DNA of 64,000 nt from Candidatus Gastranaerophilales bacterium. GTDB taxonomy: Bacteria > Cyanobacteriota > Vampirovibrionia > Gastranaerophilales > JAILCC01. The notes under the pieces are model-generated. The model did no database searches. It was not told the origin of the DNA and was given only the letters and a program-made list of their open reading frames with translations. Shown in pieces: positions 27,434 through 36,631 of this stretch. The translations under genes were made by a program, and so were the position numbers. The first letter of the stretch is position 1. Each line of letters begins with the position of its first letter. Location: contig JAZLLQ010000029.1 of NCBI GenBank assembly GCA_045598245.1, positions 50,128 to 114,127 on the forward strand, given 5' to 3'.

Positions 27434-27886
27434 ATGCCTGCGGTAAAACATTCATACGATTATATTGAAGAAGTTAGTGAACCCAAGAAGCGTTCTTATC
27501 AGGCAGTACCGATTAAAAAGACAAGACCGGAAAAGAAACCCGCTCAAAAAACTGCAGCAGACACGGCTATGGCAGTAAATTTTGCATTACTTATTATTAG
27601 CGGTGTTTTGGCAGTTGCTTTTACTATTGTTTATTCTTTTGTTGCTTTGAGTGAAACAAAATTAACCAAATTGCATGCGACAATTAGTGAATTAAATTAC
27701 GAAAATATTGATTTAGAAAATAAATTGGAAAACGTAAAGTCTTATTATTCCGTTGATACAAAGGTTTCATCAACTGCTGATTTTGACAAAGCAAAAAATG
27801 TACTGGAAGTTAATCACGTTGATGCAAAAACCGTTCAGCATAATGATCCTGTTTTAAATAATCTTAACACTGTCACAGGATTTTAA
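27434..27886 (+). CDS. FtsL-like bitopic cell-division protein
   Basis: Basic N-terminus, single TM segment, then a leucine-zipper-like coiled coil (LTKLHATISELNYENIDLENKLENV). Position between rsmH and ftsI. Confidence 0.6.
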   Translation: MPAVKHSYDYIEEVSEPKKRSYQAVPIKKTRPEKKPAQKTAADTAMAVNFALLIISGVLAVAFTIVYSFVALSETKLTKLHATISELNYENIDLENKLENVKSYYSVDTKVSSTADFDKAKNVLEVNHVDAKTVQHNDPVLNNLNTVTGF

Positions 27887-27892
27887 AAAACA

Positions 27893-29626
27893 ATGAAAAC
27901 TTTATTATCAATAAATTTAAAAAAATTTAATAAAAGACAAAAAATTGTGCAGCGTTTTTTTTTCATTTTCCTTGCATTGATTTTGATAGGAAAAATGGCT
28001 TGGCTTCAAATAATAGATATTGAGCATTATAAAGCTAAAGCACTCCAAGACCGACAAAGAAAAGCTCAGGTTTATCGTGGTGAAATTTTAGACAGAAACG
28101 GTTTGAAATTAGCTACGGATGGGACTGTTTATGATATTTACGCACATCCTCAATATTACAAAGAAGAAGAAACGCCGGAAGATATTGCGAGATTGTTAGC
28201 ACCAATTTTAAAAATGGATTATATGGTTTTGTTGAAGAAATTAAAGCAAAATTATTCAATAATTTCAATAAAAAAAGGTGTAGACAGAGAATCTGCCATG
28301 CAGATAAGAAAACTCCCCCTCACCGCAATAAGTTCGCCCGAAAGAAATATAAGAGTTTATCCTCAGGGTGATTTGGCTTCTCACATATTAGGCTATGTTA
28401 ACCCCGATGCAAATATTGCCGCAGGTGTTGAAAAAACCGGTTCTGATTTTGTTGAAAATGTAAAGTCGAAAATTTTTGAAAAGGACGGGAAAGGACGTGT
28501 AATATTTGATTTTGGTACAAATCCGGAAGAAATTTCAAAGCCGATAAAAGGTCAAAGATTAGTATTAACAATAGATTCTGCAATTCAGCACGTTGCAGAA
28601 AAAGAATTAAATAAAATGGTTTCTTCAACAATGGCTCAAAAAGGTACGGTTATTGTTATGGATATAAAAACCGGTGAAATTTTGGCTTTGGCAGTTGCTC
28701 CTACTTATAATCCGAATACTTATAATAAATACAAGTATGAAGTGGTTAAAAACTGGGTTTTGACCGATGTTTATCCTCCGGGGTCTACTTTTAAAATTCT
28801 TACGGTTGCGTCTGCATTAAATACAGGCAAAATGACACCTTTTGATACTGTTTATGACAGCGGTACGATAAAAATTCAGGGATGGAAAATTGAGAATTAT
28901 GATGTAAACATTCGTCCTTGCCCCGGAGATATTAATCTCCCTTACCTTCTTGAACACAGTTCAAATGTGGGTAGTGTAAAAGTAGCATTAAAAATGACTC
29001 CGACTGAATTTCATGATCAGATAGCTGCATTTGGTATCGGTTCAAAAACAGGTATAGATTTACCCGGTGAATCGGCAGGTATTTTGCACCCTGCTTCAAC
29101 ATGGGATACGATTACGCAAGCAACCATCAGTTTCGGTTATTCCTTGGCGGCTACTCCGATACAAATGGCTGCTGCCGTTGCTTCTATTGCAAATAAAGGC
29201 GTGTGGACTACTCCTCACGTTATTAAATATTCACCTGAAGAAGCTGCTGAAAAAATTAAAACAAGACAGGTTGTATCACCTGAAACTGCTGCTGCAATGA
29301 CAAAACTCCTTGCAGGCAGTATAAGAAGTTCAAAATCAACTGCAGGTAAAATTCCTAATTTTACGGTTGCAGGTAAAACCGGTACGGCAAGAAAACCTAA
29401 CCCCAGAGGTGGCGGTTATTTAACAGGTGTTGTTTATACTTCGTTTGCGGCATTTTTCCCTGCATCTGACCCTCAAATTTTGATTATGGTTGTTGTTGAC
29501 AGTCCGAAAGGTGCTGAGGTTTGGGGTTCAACTGTTGCAGGTCCGGTCTTTAATGAAGTTGCGACTTTTGTTACAAGACACTTAAATATGAAACCCGATG
29601 CTCCGGGCTTAAATGTTAAAAAGTAA
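27893..29626 (+). CDS. ftsI: penicillin-binding protein (class B transpeptidase, FtsI/PBP3-like)
   Basis: N-terminal TM anchor, STFK, SSN and KTGTA active-site motifs. dcw context. Confidence 0.9.
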   Translation: MKTLLSINLKKFNKRQKIVQRFFFIFLALILIGKMAWLQIIDIEHYKAKALQDRQRKAQVYRGEILDRNGLKLATDGTVYDIYAHPQYYKEEETPEDIARLLAPILKMDYMVLLKKLKQNYSIISIKKGVDRESAMQIRKLPLTAISSPERNIRVYPQGDLASHILGYVNPDANIAAGVEKTGSDFVENVKSKIFEKDGKGRVIFDFGTNPEEISKPIKGQRLVLTIDSAIQHVAEKELNKMVSSTMAQKGTVIVMDIKTGEILALAVAPTYNPNTYNKYKYEVVKNWVLTDVYPPGSTFKILTVASALNTGKMTPFDTVYDSGTIKIQGWKIENYDVNIRPCPGDINLPYLLEHSSNVGSVKVALKMTPTEFHDQIAAFGIGSKTGIDLPGESAGILHPASTWDTITQATISFGYSLAATPIQMAAAVASIANKGVWTTPHVIKYSPEEAAEKIKTRQVVSPETAAAMTKLLAGSIRSSKSTAGKIPNFTVAGKTGTARKPNPRGGGYLTGVVYTSFAAFFPASDPQILIMVVVDSPKGAEVWGSTVAGPVFNEVATFVTRHLNMKPDAPGLNVKK

Positions 29627-29637
29627 GGAGAAAGGTA

Positions 29638-31104
29638 ATGAAACTTTCAAAGCTGATAGAAATTTTAAAACCAGATGAAATTAAAAACGCTGAAAATATT
29701 GAAAATATTGAAGCTAAAGATATTTCGTACAACTCTAAAACTACAAAAGGAAATGATATTTTTGTTTGTCTTGTCGGTGAAAAAACTGACGGTCATAAAT
29801 ATGCAAAAATGGCTCAAGATAGTGGTGCAACAGCAATTTTAGCTCAAGAAATGCCTGAGAATGTTTCTATACCTGTTTTGTTAGTTAAGGATACTCAAAA
29901 AACGATTTCCGATTTAGCAGGAATTTTATTTGATTATCCTTCAAAAAAACTTAATCTTATCGGAATTACGGGAACAAACGGCAAGACTACCGTTACACAT
30001 CTTATTGAAAGAATTTTTGAATATAACCAAAAAAATTGCGGTTTAATCGGTACTTTAGGGTATAAATTAAATTATAATGATACTTACAAAGATGCAAAAC
30101 ATACGACACCACAAGCTCCTGAGCTTCAAAGAACATTTAATGTTATGCTTGATAACAAGCTCGAAAATGTTGTAATGGAGGTAAGTTCTCATGCCCTTGC
30201 TCAACACCGTGTCGGTGCTTGTGATTTTGATTGCGGAGTTTTGACGAATTTAACTCAAGACCATTTGGATTACCATATTACGATGCAAAATTATTTTGAG
30301 GCAAAAGCAATTTTATTTAAAAAATTAAAAACGGGGTCAAGTGCTGTTATTAATAATGACGATAAGTGGGCTGATAAATTTAAAGCGATTATACCTGACG
30401 GGGTGAAGGTTTTAACTTATGGCATAAACAATGATGCTGACGTAAAAGCAAGTAATTTAGAGTTTAATACTCATGGTGCAAGTTTCGACTGCAAAACTCC
30501 TTTAGGAAATTATAAGATTTCATTGTTGATGACGGGTTTATTTAGTGTTTACAATGCTTTAGCAGCTTTAACAACTTCAATTACGCAAAATTTGGATATA
30601 AAATTGGCCATTAAAGCATTGGAGGAAACACATGGTGTGGCAGGAAGATTTGAAGCGATAACTAAAAACCCTTTAACAATTGTTGATTATGCGCATACAC
30701 CTGACGGACTTGAAAATGTTTTGAACACTGCAAGAAATATTCTTCCCAAAGACGGCAGAATTATTTGTGTATTTGGTTGCGGTGGGGACAGAGATGCGAC
30801 AAAACGACCTCAAATGGGTGCAATTGCCGAAAAACTTTCCGATATTGTAATCGTAACATCTGATAATCCGAGAAGTGAGGACCCTCAACAAATTATTACG
30901 GATATATTGAGCGGTGTAAAATCGCTTTCTCAAGATAAAATTAAAGTTGAAGCCGACAGGCATTTAGCAATAAAATTGTCTTCACAAATTGCAAAAGAGA
31001 ATGATATTGTTGTCGTTGCAGGCAAAGGTCACGAAGATTATCAGATTTTAAAAGACAGAACAATTCACTTTGATGACAGAGAAGAAGTCAGAAAAAATTT
31101 CTAA
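29638..31104 (+). CDS. murE: UDP-N-acetylmuramoyl-L-alanyl-D-glutamate--2,6-diaminopimelate ligase
   Basis: ITGTNGKTT, Mur ligase central and C-terminal domains, and the DNPR motif (TSDNPRSEDP) typical of meso-DAP-adding MurE. Confidence 0.9.
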   Translation: MKLSKLIEILKPDEIKNAENIENIEAKDISYNSKTTKGNDIFVCLVGEKTDGHKYAKMAQDSGATAILAQEMPENVSIPVLLVKDTQKTISDLAGILFDYPSKKLNLIGITGTNGKTTVTHLIERIFEYNQKNCGLIGTLGYKLNYNDTYKDAKHTTPQAPELQRTFNVMLDNKLENVVMEVSSHALAQHRVGACDFDCGVLTNLTQDHLDYHITMQNYFEAKAILFKKLKTGSSAVINNDDKWADKFKAIIPDGVKVLTYGINNDADVKASNLEFNTHGASFDCKTPLGNYKISLLMTGLFSVYNALAALTTSITQNLDIKLAIKALEETHGVAGRFEAITKNPLTIVDYAHTPDGLENVLNTARNILPKDGRIICVFGCGGDRDATKRPQMGAIAEKLSDIVIVTSDNPRSEDPQQIITDILSGVKSLSQDKIKVEADRHLAIKLSSQIAKENDIVVVAGKGHEDYQILKDRTIHFDDREEVRKNF

Positions 31105-31224
31105 ATTTAAAAAAATAAAATTTTGCAAAATGTAACCGCATCACTATTAATGCAGGCAAATTCATCCCCATTGGGTGCATTGAAATTGTTGGGTTAATCT
31201 GTGGCACTTTAGCATTTCCATGTC

Positions 31225-31254
31225 ATTGCGAAGAAGTGAAACGACTGTCGCAAT
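31225..31254. repeat. hairpin/palindromic element ATTGCGA-N16-TCGCAAT
   Basis: 7-bp perfect inverted repeat read directly from the sequence. It lies in the 261-bp convergent intergenic region between murE and thiL. Confidence 0.5.
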
Positions 31255-31365
31255 CCACGTAATGTTGATGTTTGGCGACATAATTAAGTGGATTACTACG
31301 TCACTATTTTTTTCGTAATGCCATGGGAATAAAAAAGACTTGAAAAATCACATTATCCGAGTATT

Positions 31366-32355
31366 TTACTCTTTTTCAAAATGCTGAAAGGTTTTGTTTC
31401 CTAAAATTTCTTCGTTTATTATTATCTCATCGGAGATAGTTTTGACCTTAACAAGACCTTGCGGGTTTTTTGAAATAACTTTACCGATTTTTCTTATAGG
31501 TATATTTTTAACAGCTAATTTGTCTGCGACATCACTTTCAACACAAGCAACGAGAGTATAATCTTCACCGCCAAAGAGCATCCAGTCAAGAGGATTAGTC
31601 TCTTGGATTTCTGCAACACTGATTAAATCACTATCTATTGGTATTAATTCTTCTTCGATTTCTATTTCAACTTCACTGTTTTGAGCAATTTTAAAAAGTG
31701 CATCAGCGAGTCCGTCACTTGTATCCATCATTGCAGGAGTAGTTGAAGAATTTTGCAGAATTATTCTTCCGAAACCGAGATGCGGTTCGGGTTTGTTGTG
31801 TGCTTTTTTAAATTTATTCAGTATAAAATCAGGGAATAAATCAATAAATTTTTCTTCATTTTCAAGTATTTCAAAACCTGCTTTGCTTGTACCGTAAAAG
31901 CCGGTTGCAATTACTATATCTCCGACTTTTGCGTTATTTCTTCTTGCGGGTGATAGTCCGTTCATTTTCCCTATTAAAGAAATATTTATAAACAGTTTAT
32001 CTGCTCCTGTTATATCACCGCCTGCAATTGTAACACCATGACGGACACATAATTCACCCATACCTTTATAAAATTCTTTAACAAAATTTTCATCAACATA
32101 ATCAGGTAATGAAAGCGAAACAAATGCATAAGCGGGAATAGCACCGTCAGAAGCGATATCACTTAAATTAACTGCCATTGATTTAAAACCTAAATCAAAA
32201 GGAGTTGTATTTTTGAGCCGAAAGTGAACATCTTCAACAAGTGTATCTGTTGTAACAACAATTCCTAATTCTTCCAAATAAGCGGTATCATCGCCTATAT
32301 AAGAATTATTTTGAATATTATTTTTGATAAGTTTTAACAAATTAAGTTCGTTCAT
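31366..32355 (-). CDS. thiL: thiamine-monophosphate kinase
   Basis: IGDDTAYL, TTDTLVEDVHF and AIR-synthase-like fold motifs. Confidence 0.85.
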   Translation of the reverse strand: MNELNLLKLIKNNIQNNSYIGDDTAYLEELGIVVTTDTLVEDVHFRLKNTTPFDLGFKSMAVNLSDIASDGAIPAYAFVSLSLPDYVDENFVKEFYKGMGELCVRHGVTIAGGDITGADKLFINISLIGKMNGLSPARRNNAKVGDIVIATGFYGTSKAGFEILENEEKFIDLFPDFILNKFKKAHNKPEPHLGFGRIILQNSSTTPAMMDTSDGLADALFKIAQNSEVEIEIEEELIPIDSDLISVAEIQETNPLDWMLFGGEDYTLVACVESDVADKLAVKNIPIRKIGKVISKNPQGLVKVKTISDEIIINEEILGNKTFQHFEKE

Positions 32356-32466
32356 AATTTATATTATATTTTATAAATAAAATTTTTACACTAATTTCTT
32401 ACATATCAATTTTTCCAAAGAAATAGTTTTATATAAGTATAAGGTTTTTGTATTAGGTAGTAAAGC

Positions 32467-33858
32467 ATGGTTTCATCTGTATATTCTCAATTTGTTCATA
32501 AAACAGACACCGTTCAACCGGAAAAAATAACAGGGCAGTCTAATGGTATCTCAACTACAATAAAAGAAACTAAAGACAGCGTTAGTATTTCAGGTGTAAA
32601 TGGTGAGCCTGTCGGGTTTAAAGAGGGTTGTTCGCTTGTTGCACAAGGTTTTATGTCTAAAATTAAAAATATGGTAAAGACAGTCATTCAACATCCCGTT
32701 AAAACTATCGGTGCTATGCTTTTAACTTCTGCGGCTTTGATGGCATTGCCATTTGCAGGAATAAGTATGGCAACCGGAGGTGCTGCAATTGTTACCATAT
32801 ATGGAGTTTCTGCAATATATAATACTGCAAAAAATCTCATAAAAGCCAATAGAAATTCCAAAAAAGGTAATTATAATGCAATGAGAGAAGATTTAAAAAA
32901 TGTCGGTGGAAATTGTGTTGATTTAGCTTTGACTTTACCGTTCATGCCAAAAGCATTTAAGCAGTTAAAATTAAATGTTCCGGCATATTTTAATAAACGT
33001 ATCGCAATATTTAAGAATGAAAATGGTACCGTTATTTCGGAGTTGAAAAGATACAGAGGCGGTAATAATTTAATTAATTATAACAGTAATGGTGAAATAA
33101 TTTCTCAAACAAAGAATTCTTTATGGTCAAGAATGTTAAAAGCAAAAACTTGGAAAGACAGATATAAACTTTTAATTTCGCAAGACAGAAAAGAAGCATA
33201 TCTTACAAAATTAAATGACGCATATAAGCAGGTTGCAAAAGACAGGGGTGTGCCTGTTCCTGAAAATCTTCATTATTATAATCAGCCTATGGAATATACT
33301 TTTAAAAAAGGCGAATGTTTCTGCGACAGAGAAGGCGGTTTTACCGGTACTACAGATATTCACATAAACAGAAACTGTGTGGATTTACCTCAGTCATTTA
33401 CTCTGTCTGATGGTAAAAAAATTCCTGTTAAAACAAAACCTTTACATGCGGTTATTGGGCATGAATTTCGTCACGTTGAACAAAATACGATGATAGCTAA
33501 TGCCGAAGGTCTAAAAGGCAAATTGAAAGGTGTTGAATGGGAAATATGTGAATTGTATAAGCCGGGTACAATTAAACGAGGGACACCTGAACATGCACTG
33601 GCAGAAAAATTTTATAATGCATATAAAAATTACGTACAACCTGAAGTTAATGCTCAAAAATATTATAATAATGCACTCGAAGTTGATGCAAGAGCTGTCG
33701 GGGAAACCGAAATTGCAGGTCAAATCGCTGATAAGTATAAGCAAATGCTTGGTATAAATAAAACTACAAATAAGATTAATCCCGTAAAATATAATCCTGC
33801 CAAAGATGTTCTTGCAACAGACGGTATAGAATTATCAGAATTGTCCGAAGTTTCCTAA
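32467..33858 (+). CDS. membrane protein of unknown function with a bilobed hydrophobic segment and a C-terminal HExxH (zincin-like) motif
   Basis: No signal peptide. ~40-aa hydrophobic stretch (aa ~80-120). HAVIGHEFRHVEQ motif at aa ~330, with a possible third ligand in NNALEVDA ~65 aa downstream. Confidence 0.6.
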   Translation: MVSSVYSQFVHKTDTVQPEKITGQSNGISTTIKETKDSVSISGVNGEPVGFKEGCSLVAQGFMSKIKNMVKTVIQHPVKTIGAMLLTSAALMALPFAGISMATGGAAIVTIYGVSAIYNTAKNLIKANRNSKKGNYNAMREDLKNVGGNCVDLALTLPFMPKAFKQLKLNVPAYFNKRIAIFKNENGTVISELKRYRGGNNLINYNSNGEIISQTKNSLWSRMLKAKTWKDRYKLLISQDRKEAYLTKLNDAYKQVAKDRGVPVPENLHYYNQPMEYTFKKGECFCDREGGFTGTTDIHINRNCVDLPQSFTLSDGKKIPVKTKPLHAVIGHEFRHVEQNTMIANAEGLKGKLKGVEWEICELYKPGTIKRGTPEHALAEKFYNAYKNYVQPEVNAQKYYNNALEVDARAVGETEIAGQIADKYKQMLGINKTTNKINPVKYNPAKDVLATDGIELSELSEVS

Positions 33859-35099
33859 TTTTCTATTCTGACATCACAAGCAAGTTTATGTGCCATTAAT
33901 CCTTCTGTATTCGCAAGTATACTTGCAGTTTTGGTTACAGTTTTAGCCTCGTCTTTGATTGCTTCCTGATAAGTTAAAATTTTAATGAAATCAAAAACGC
34001 TTAAACCGCCTGAATATCTTGCAACTTTGTTTGTCGGTAAGATATGGTTTGTACCTGAACAATAATCGCCTATGGCTTCTGCCGAATAGTTACCAATGAA
34101 TAACGAACCGTAACAAGTCAAATTATCTTTTAAAAATTCATTGTTATTTGTCATTAATTCCAAATGCTCCGGAGCTTTTTTATTAGCTATATCTATTGCT
34201 GTTTCTAAATTATCAACCGTAATAATATATGAATTATTTAATGCTTTGCTTGCAATTTCGGATGTTGAGAGTTCGCTTAAATATTTTTCGGTTTGAGTTT
34301 TTACATCGTTTGCGAGTTTCTCATCAGTCGTGATAAGAATACCGCTTGCATCTGCATCGTGTTCACATTGAGCAAGAAAATCCGCTGCAACAAATTTGGG
34401 GTTTGCACTTTCATCTGCAATAATCATTACTTCTGACGGACCTGCCAAAAAGTCTATTCCGCATGCTCCAAAAACCTGTTTTTTTGCAAATGTAACGAAT
34501 TTATTACCCGGACCAGTTATTTTATCCACTTTCGGTATACTTTCTGTTCCGTATGCCATTGCTGCAATTGCCTGAACTCCGCCTACTTTGAAAATTCTGT
34601 CTGCCCCTGCCAAAACGCCTGCAACAATAGTTACGTCTTTTATTTTCGGTGAACACATTATGACTTCTTTTACTCCCGCTACTTTAGCCGGAACACAAGA
34701 CATAATTGCGGATGACGGCAGAGGATAGTTTCCTCCGGGTACATATGCACCTGTTCTTTGTAGCGGTATGATTTTTTGTCCGAGTTTCATTCCGTTGTTT
34801 TGAATTTCAAATTCTTTTATCGAAGCGAGTTGATTTTCAGCAAAGGTTTTGACATTTGAAATACTCGTTTTTATACTTTCAATAACTTCTTTGTCTACAT
34901 TTTGAAATGCTTTATCTGTTTCTTCTTTTGTGACTTCAAAGTTTTCGATTTTGCCGTCAAACCTTTCGCAGTATTTTCTTACTGCATTATCACCGTTTAT
35001 TTTGATATCTTCAATAATTTCATCGACTGTTGAAATTGCTTCAAACTCTTTGTAATTATAAAAAGTTTCAGGAAGTTCTTTGTAATTTATAAATTGCAT
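33855..35099 (-). CDS. hisD: histidinol dehydrogenase
   Basis: Full-length HisD similarity (AQCEHD, GDYCSGTNHILPT motifs). Confidence 0.92.
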   Translation of the reverse strand: MQFINYKELPETFYNYKEFEAISTVDEIIEDIKINGDNAVRKYCERFDGKIENFEVTKEETDKAFQNVDKEVIESIKTSISNVKTFAENQLASIKEFEIQNNGMKLGQKIIPLQRTGAYVPGGNYPLPSSAIMSCVPAKVAGVKEVIMCSPKIKDVTIVAGVLAGADRIFKVGGVQAIAAMAYGTESIPKVDKITGPGNKFVTFAKKQVFGACGIDFLAGPSEVMIIADESANPKFVAADFLAQCEHDADASGILITTDEKLANDVKTQTEKYLSELSTSEIASKALNNSYIITVDNLETAIDIANKKAPEHLELMTNNNEFLKDNLTCYGSLFIGNYSAEAIGDYCSGTNHILPTNKVARYSGGLSVFDFIKILTYQEAIKDEAKTVTKTASILANTEGLMAHKLACDVRIEN

Positions 35100-35105
35100 G
35101 GTTGT

Positions 35106-36329
35106 TTACTTTCTTCTTGAAGCTAAATTTGCGATTACATCGTCAATTTCTATGCCGTGTTTAACCATGAAAGTAAGTACAAAATATGTTAAATCTGCAA
35201 CTTCCCAAGCAAGTCCGTCACCTTGTTCGTAGTTAACAACTTCAAATGCTTCTTCCATAATTTTTCTCTTCAAATAAAATTCGTCTTTGAAAAGTTTTGT
35301 TGTATATGAGCCGTCAGGAAGATTTTTTAGTCTTTGCTTTAATACAGCGATTAAATCTTTAATGCAAAATTCTTTATCGCCAAAGCAAGTATATCTTCCC
35401 GTATGACAAGCATCTCCTTTTTGACTTACGGTAAATAATAAAGAGTCTTTATCGCAGTCGTATTTTACATTAATGATTTTTTGCGTATTGCCTGAAGTTT
35501 TACCTTTCTGCCATATTTCTTGTCTTGAACGTGAGAAATATGTTGCATAACCTTCTGAGAAAGTTTTTTCCAATGATTCTTTATTGCAATAAGCAAGCAT
35601 TAATACCTGTTTTGAATCAACATCTTGTGCAACGGCAGGTATTAAACCTCTTTCATCAAATTTCAATAATGATGTATATGCGTCTGCAAGGTCGATTTTC
35701 CCTGTATAAATTGCCATACCTATTTGACAGTCAACACCGATTTCATCAATAGCTTTAATTTCTTCTACTGTACAAATACCACCTGCTGCGGTTAATTCAT
35801 TTTTTGTTAAGTTTTTGATTTTTTTAATTGATTCAAAGTCAGCACCACCCATCATACCTTCTTTATCAACATTGGTATATAAATAGCCTGAGCAGTAATT
35901 ATCAAATCTGTTTATGTATTCTTCGGGATTAAATTCGGTAGTTTTCAGCCAGCCGTTAGTAACAACTTTACCTTGTTTAGTATCAATGGCAATAATTACA
36001 TTGTTTTTAGGGAGTTCGCTTAACAATGCTTCTGATGCTGCCGTACCTATAATAACTTTCTTCGCACCTGCAGCAATGAGTTCTTTTGCCTTTGTTGCGG
36101 TTCTGATACCGCCGCCTACCCTTGCAGGGTATTTTTTTATTAATTGTTTGATTAAATCAAGGTTATCACCTTTACCCATTGCGGCATCAAGGTCAACAAT
36201 TGCTATTTCACCAAAACGTGAAAAATATTCTGCAAGTTCAAAAATATCTTCTCTTTCAAGAATTTTTTTGGCACCTTGTTGTAATTGAACAGCTTTTCCG
36301 CCCATAATATCAATACTTGGGATTATCAT
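35106..36329 (-). CDS. hisIE: fused HisA-like isomerase / PR-AMP cyclohydrolase / PR-ATP pyrophosphatase (HisA-HisI-HisE)
   Basis: N-terminal domain IIPSIDIMGGKAVQLQQG...GGGIR...AIDTKQGKVVTNGW is HisA-type. The middle domain (LIPAVAQD...FSRSR...WQKGKTSGN...DCDKD) is HisI. The C-terminal domain (SYTTKLF...KIMEEAFEV) is HisE. A strong RBS AAGGAG precedes the ATG at 36329. Confidence 0.85.
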   Translation of the reverse strand: MIIPSIDIMGGKAVQLQQGAKKILEREDIFELAEYFSRFGEIAIVDLDAAMGKGDNLDLIKQLIKKYPARVGGGIRTATKAKELIAAGAKKVIIGTAASEALLSELPKNNVIIAIDTKQGKVVTNGWLKTTEFNPEEYINRFDNYCSGYLYTNVDKEGMMGGADFESIKKIKNLTKNELTAAGGICTVEEIKAIDEIGVDCQIGMAIYTGKIDLADAYTSLLKFDERGLIPAVAQDVDSKQVLMLAYCNKESLEKTFSEGYATYFSRSRQEIWQKGKTSGNTQKIINVKYDCDKDSLLFTVSQKGDACHTGRYTCFGDKEFCIKDLIAVLKQRLKNLPDGSYTTKLFKDEFYLKRKIMEEAFEVVNYEQGDGLAWEVADLTYFVLTFMVKHGIEIDDVIANLASRRK

Positions 36330-36631
36330 AACTTCACTCCTTCTTAAATCTTCGACTGAGTATATTCTACCATGCATTGAGCTTTTTTTATCAACAAAAT
36401 CAAATATTTTTTACAAAATTTATAATCTTATTTTGTTGGTTGCAAAGAAGTAAGAAGAAAGTAAAGGCATAAATAAAACATTAATGTTTAAAGAAATAAG
36501 GAATACAAGTTTAAAACCGTATGTTAATAATGTACATTGTTAAAATTTTTGTAACAAATTTTCTTTGGCAAAAAAAAATTTGTTTGATTTTGTTATAATT
36601 GAGCAAGGGAAAGTATTAATGAATTGCAATT

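Noticed and set aside
35914-36288. 124-aa + strand ORF opposite the HisA domain
   Set aside because: It lies entirely within the well-supported hisA-hisIE CDS on the other strand and has no RBS.
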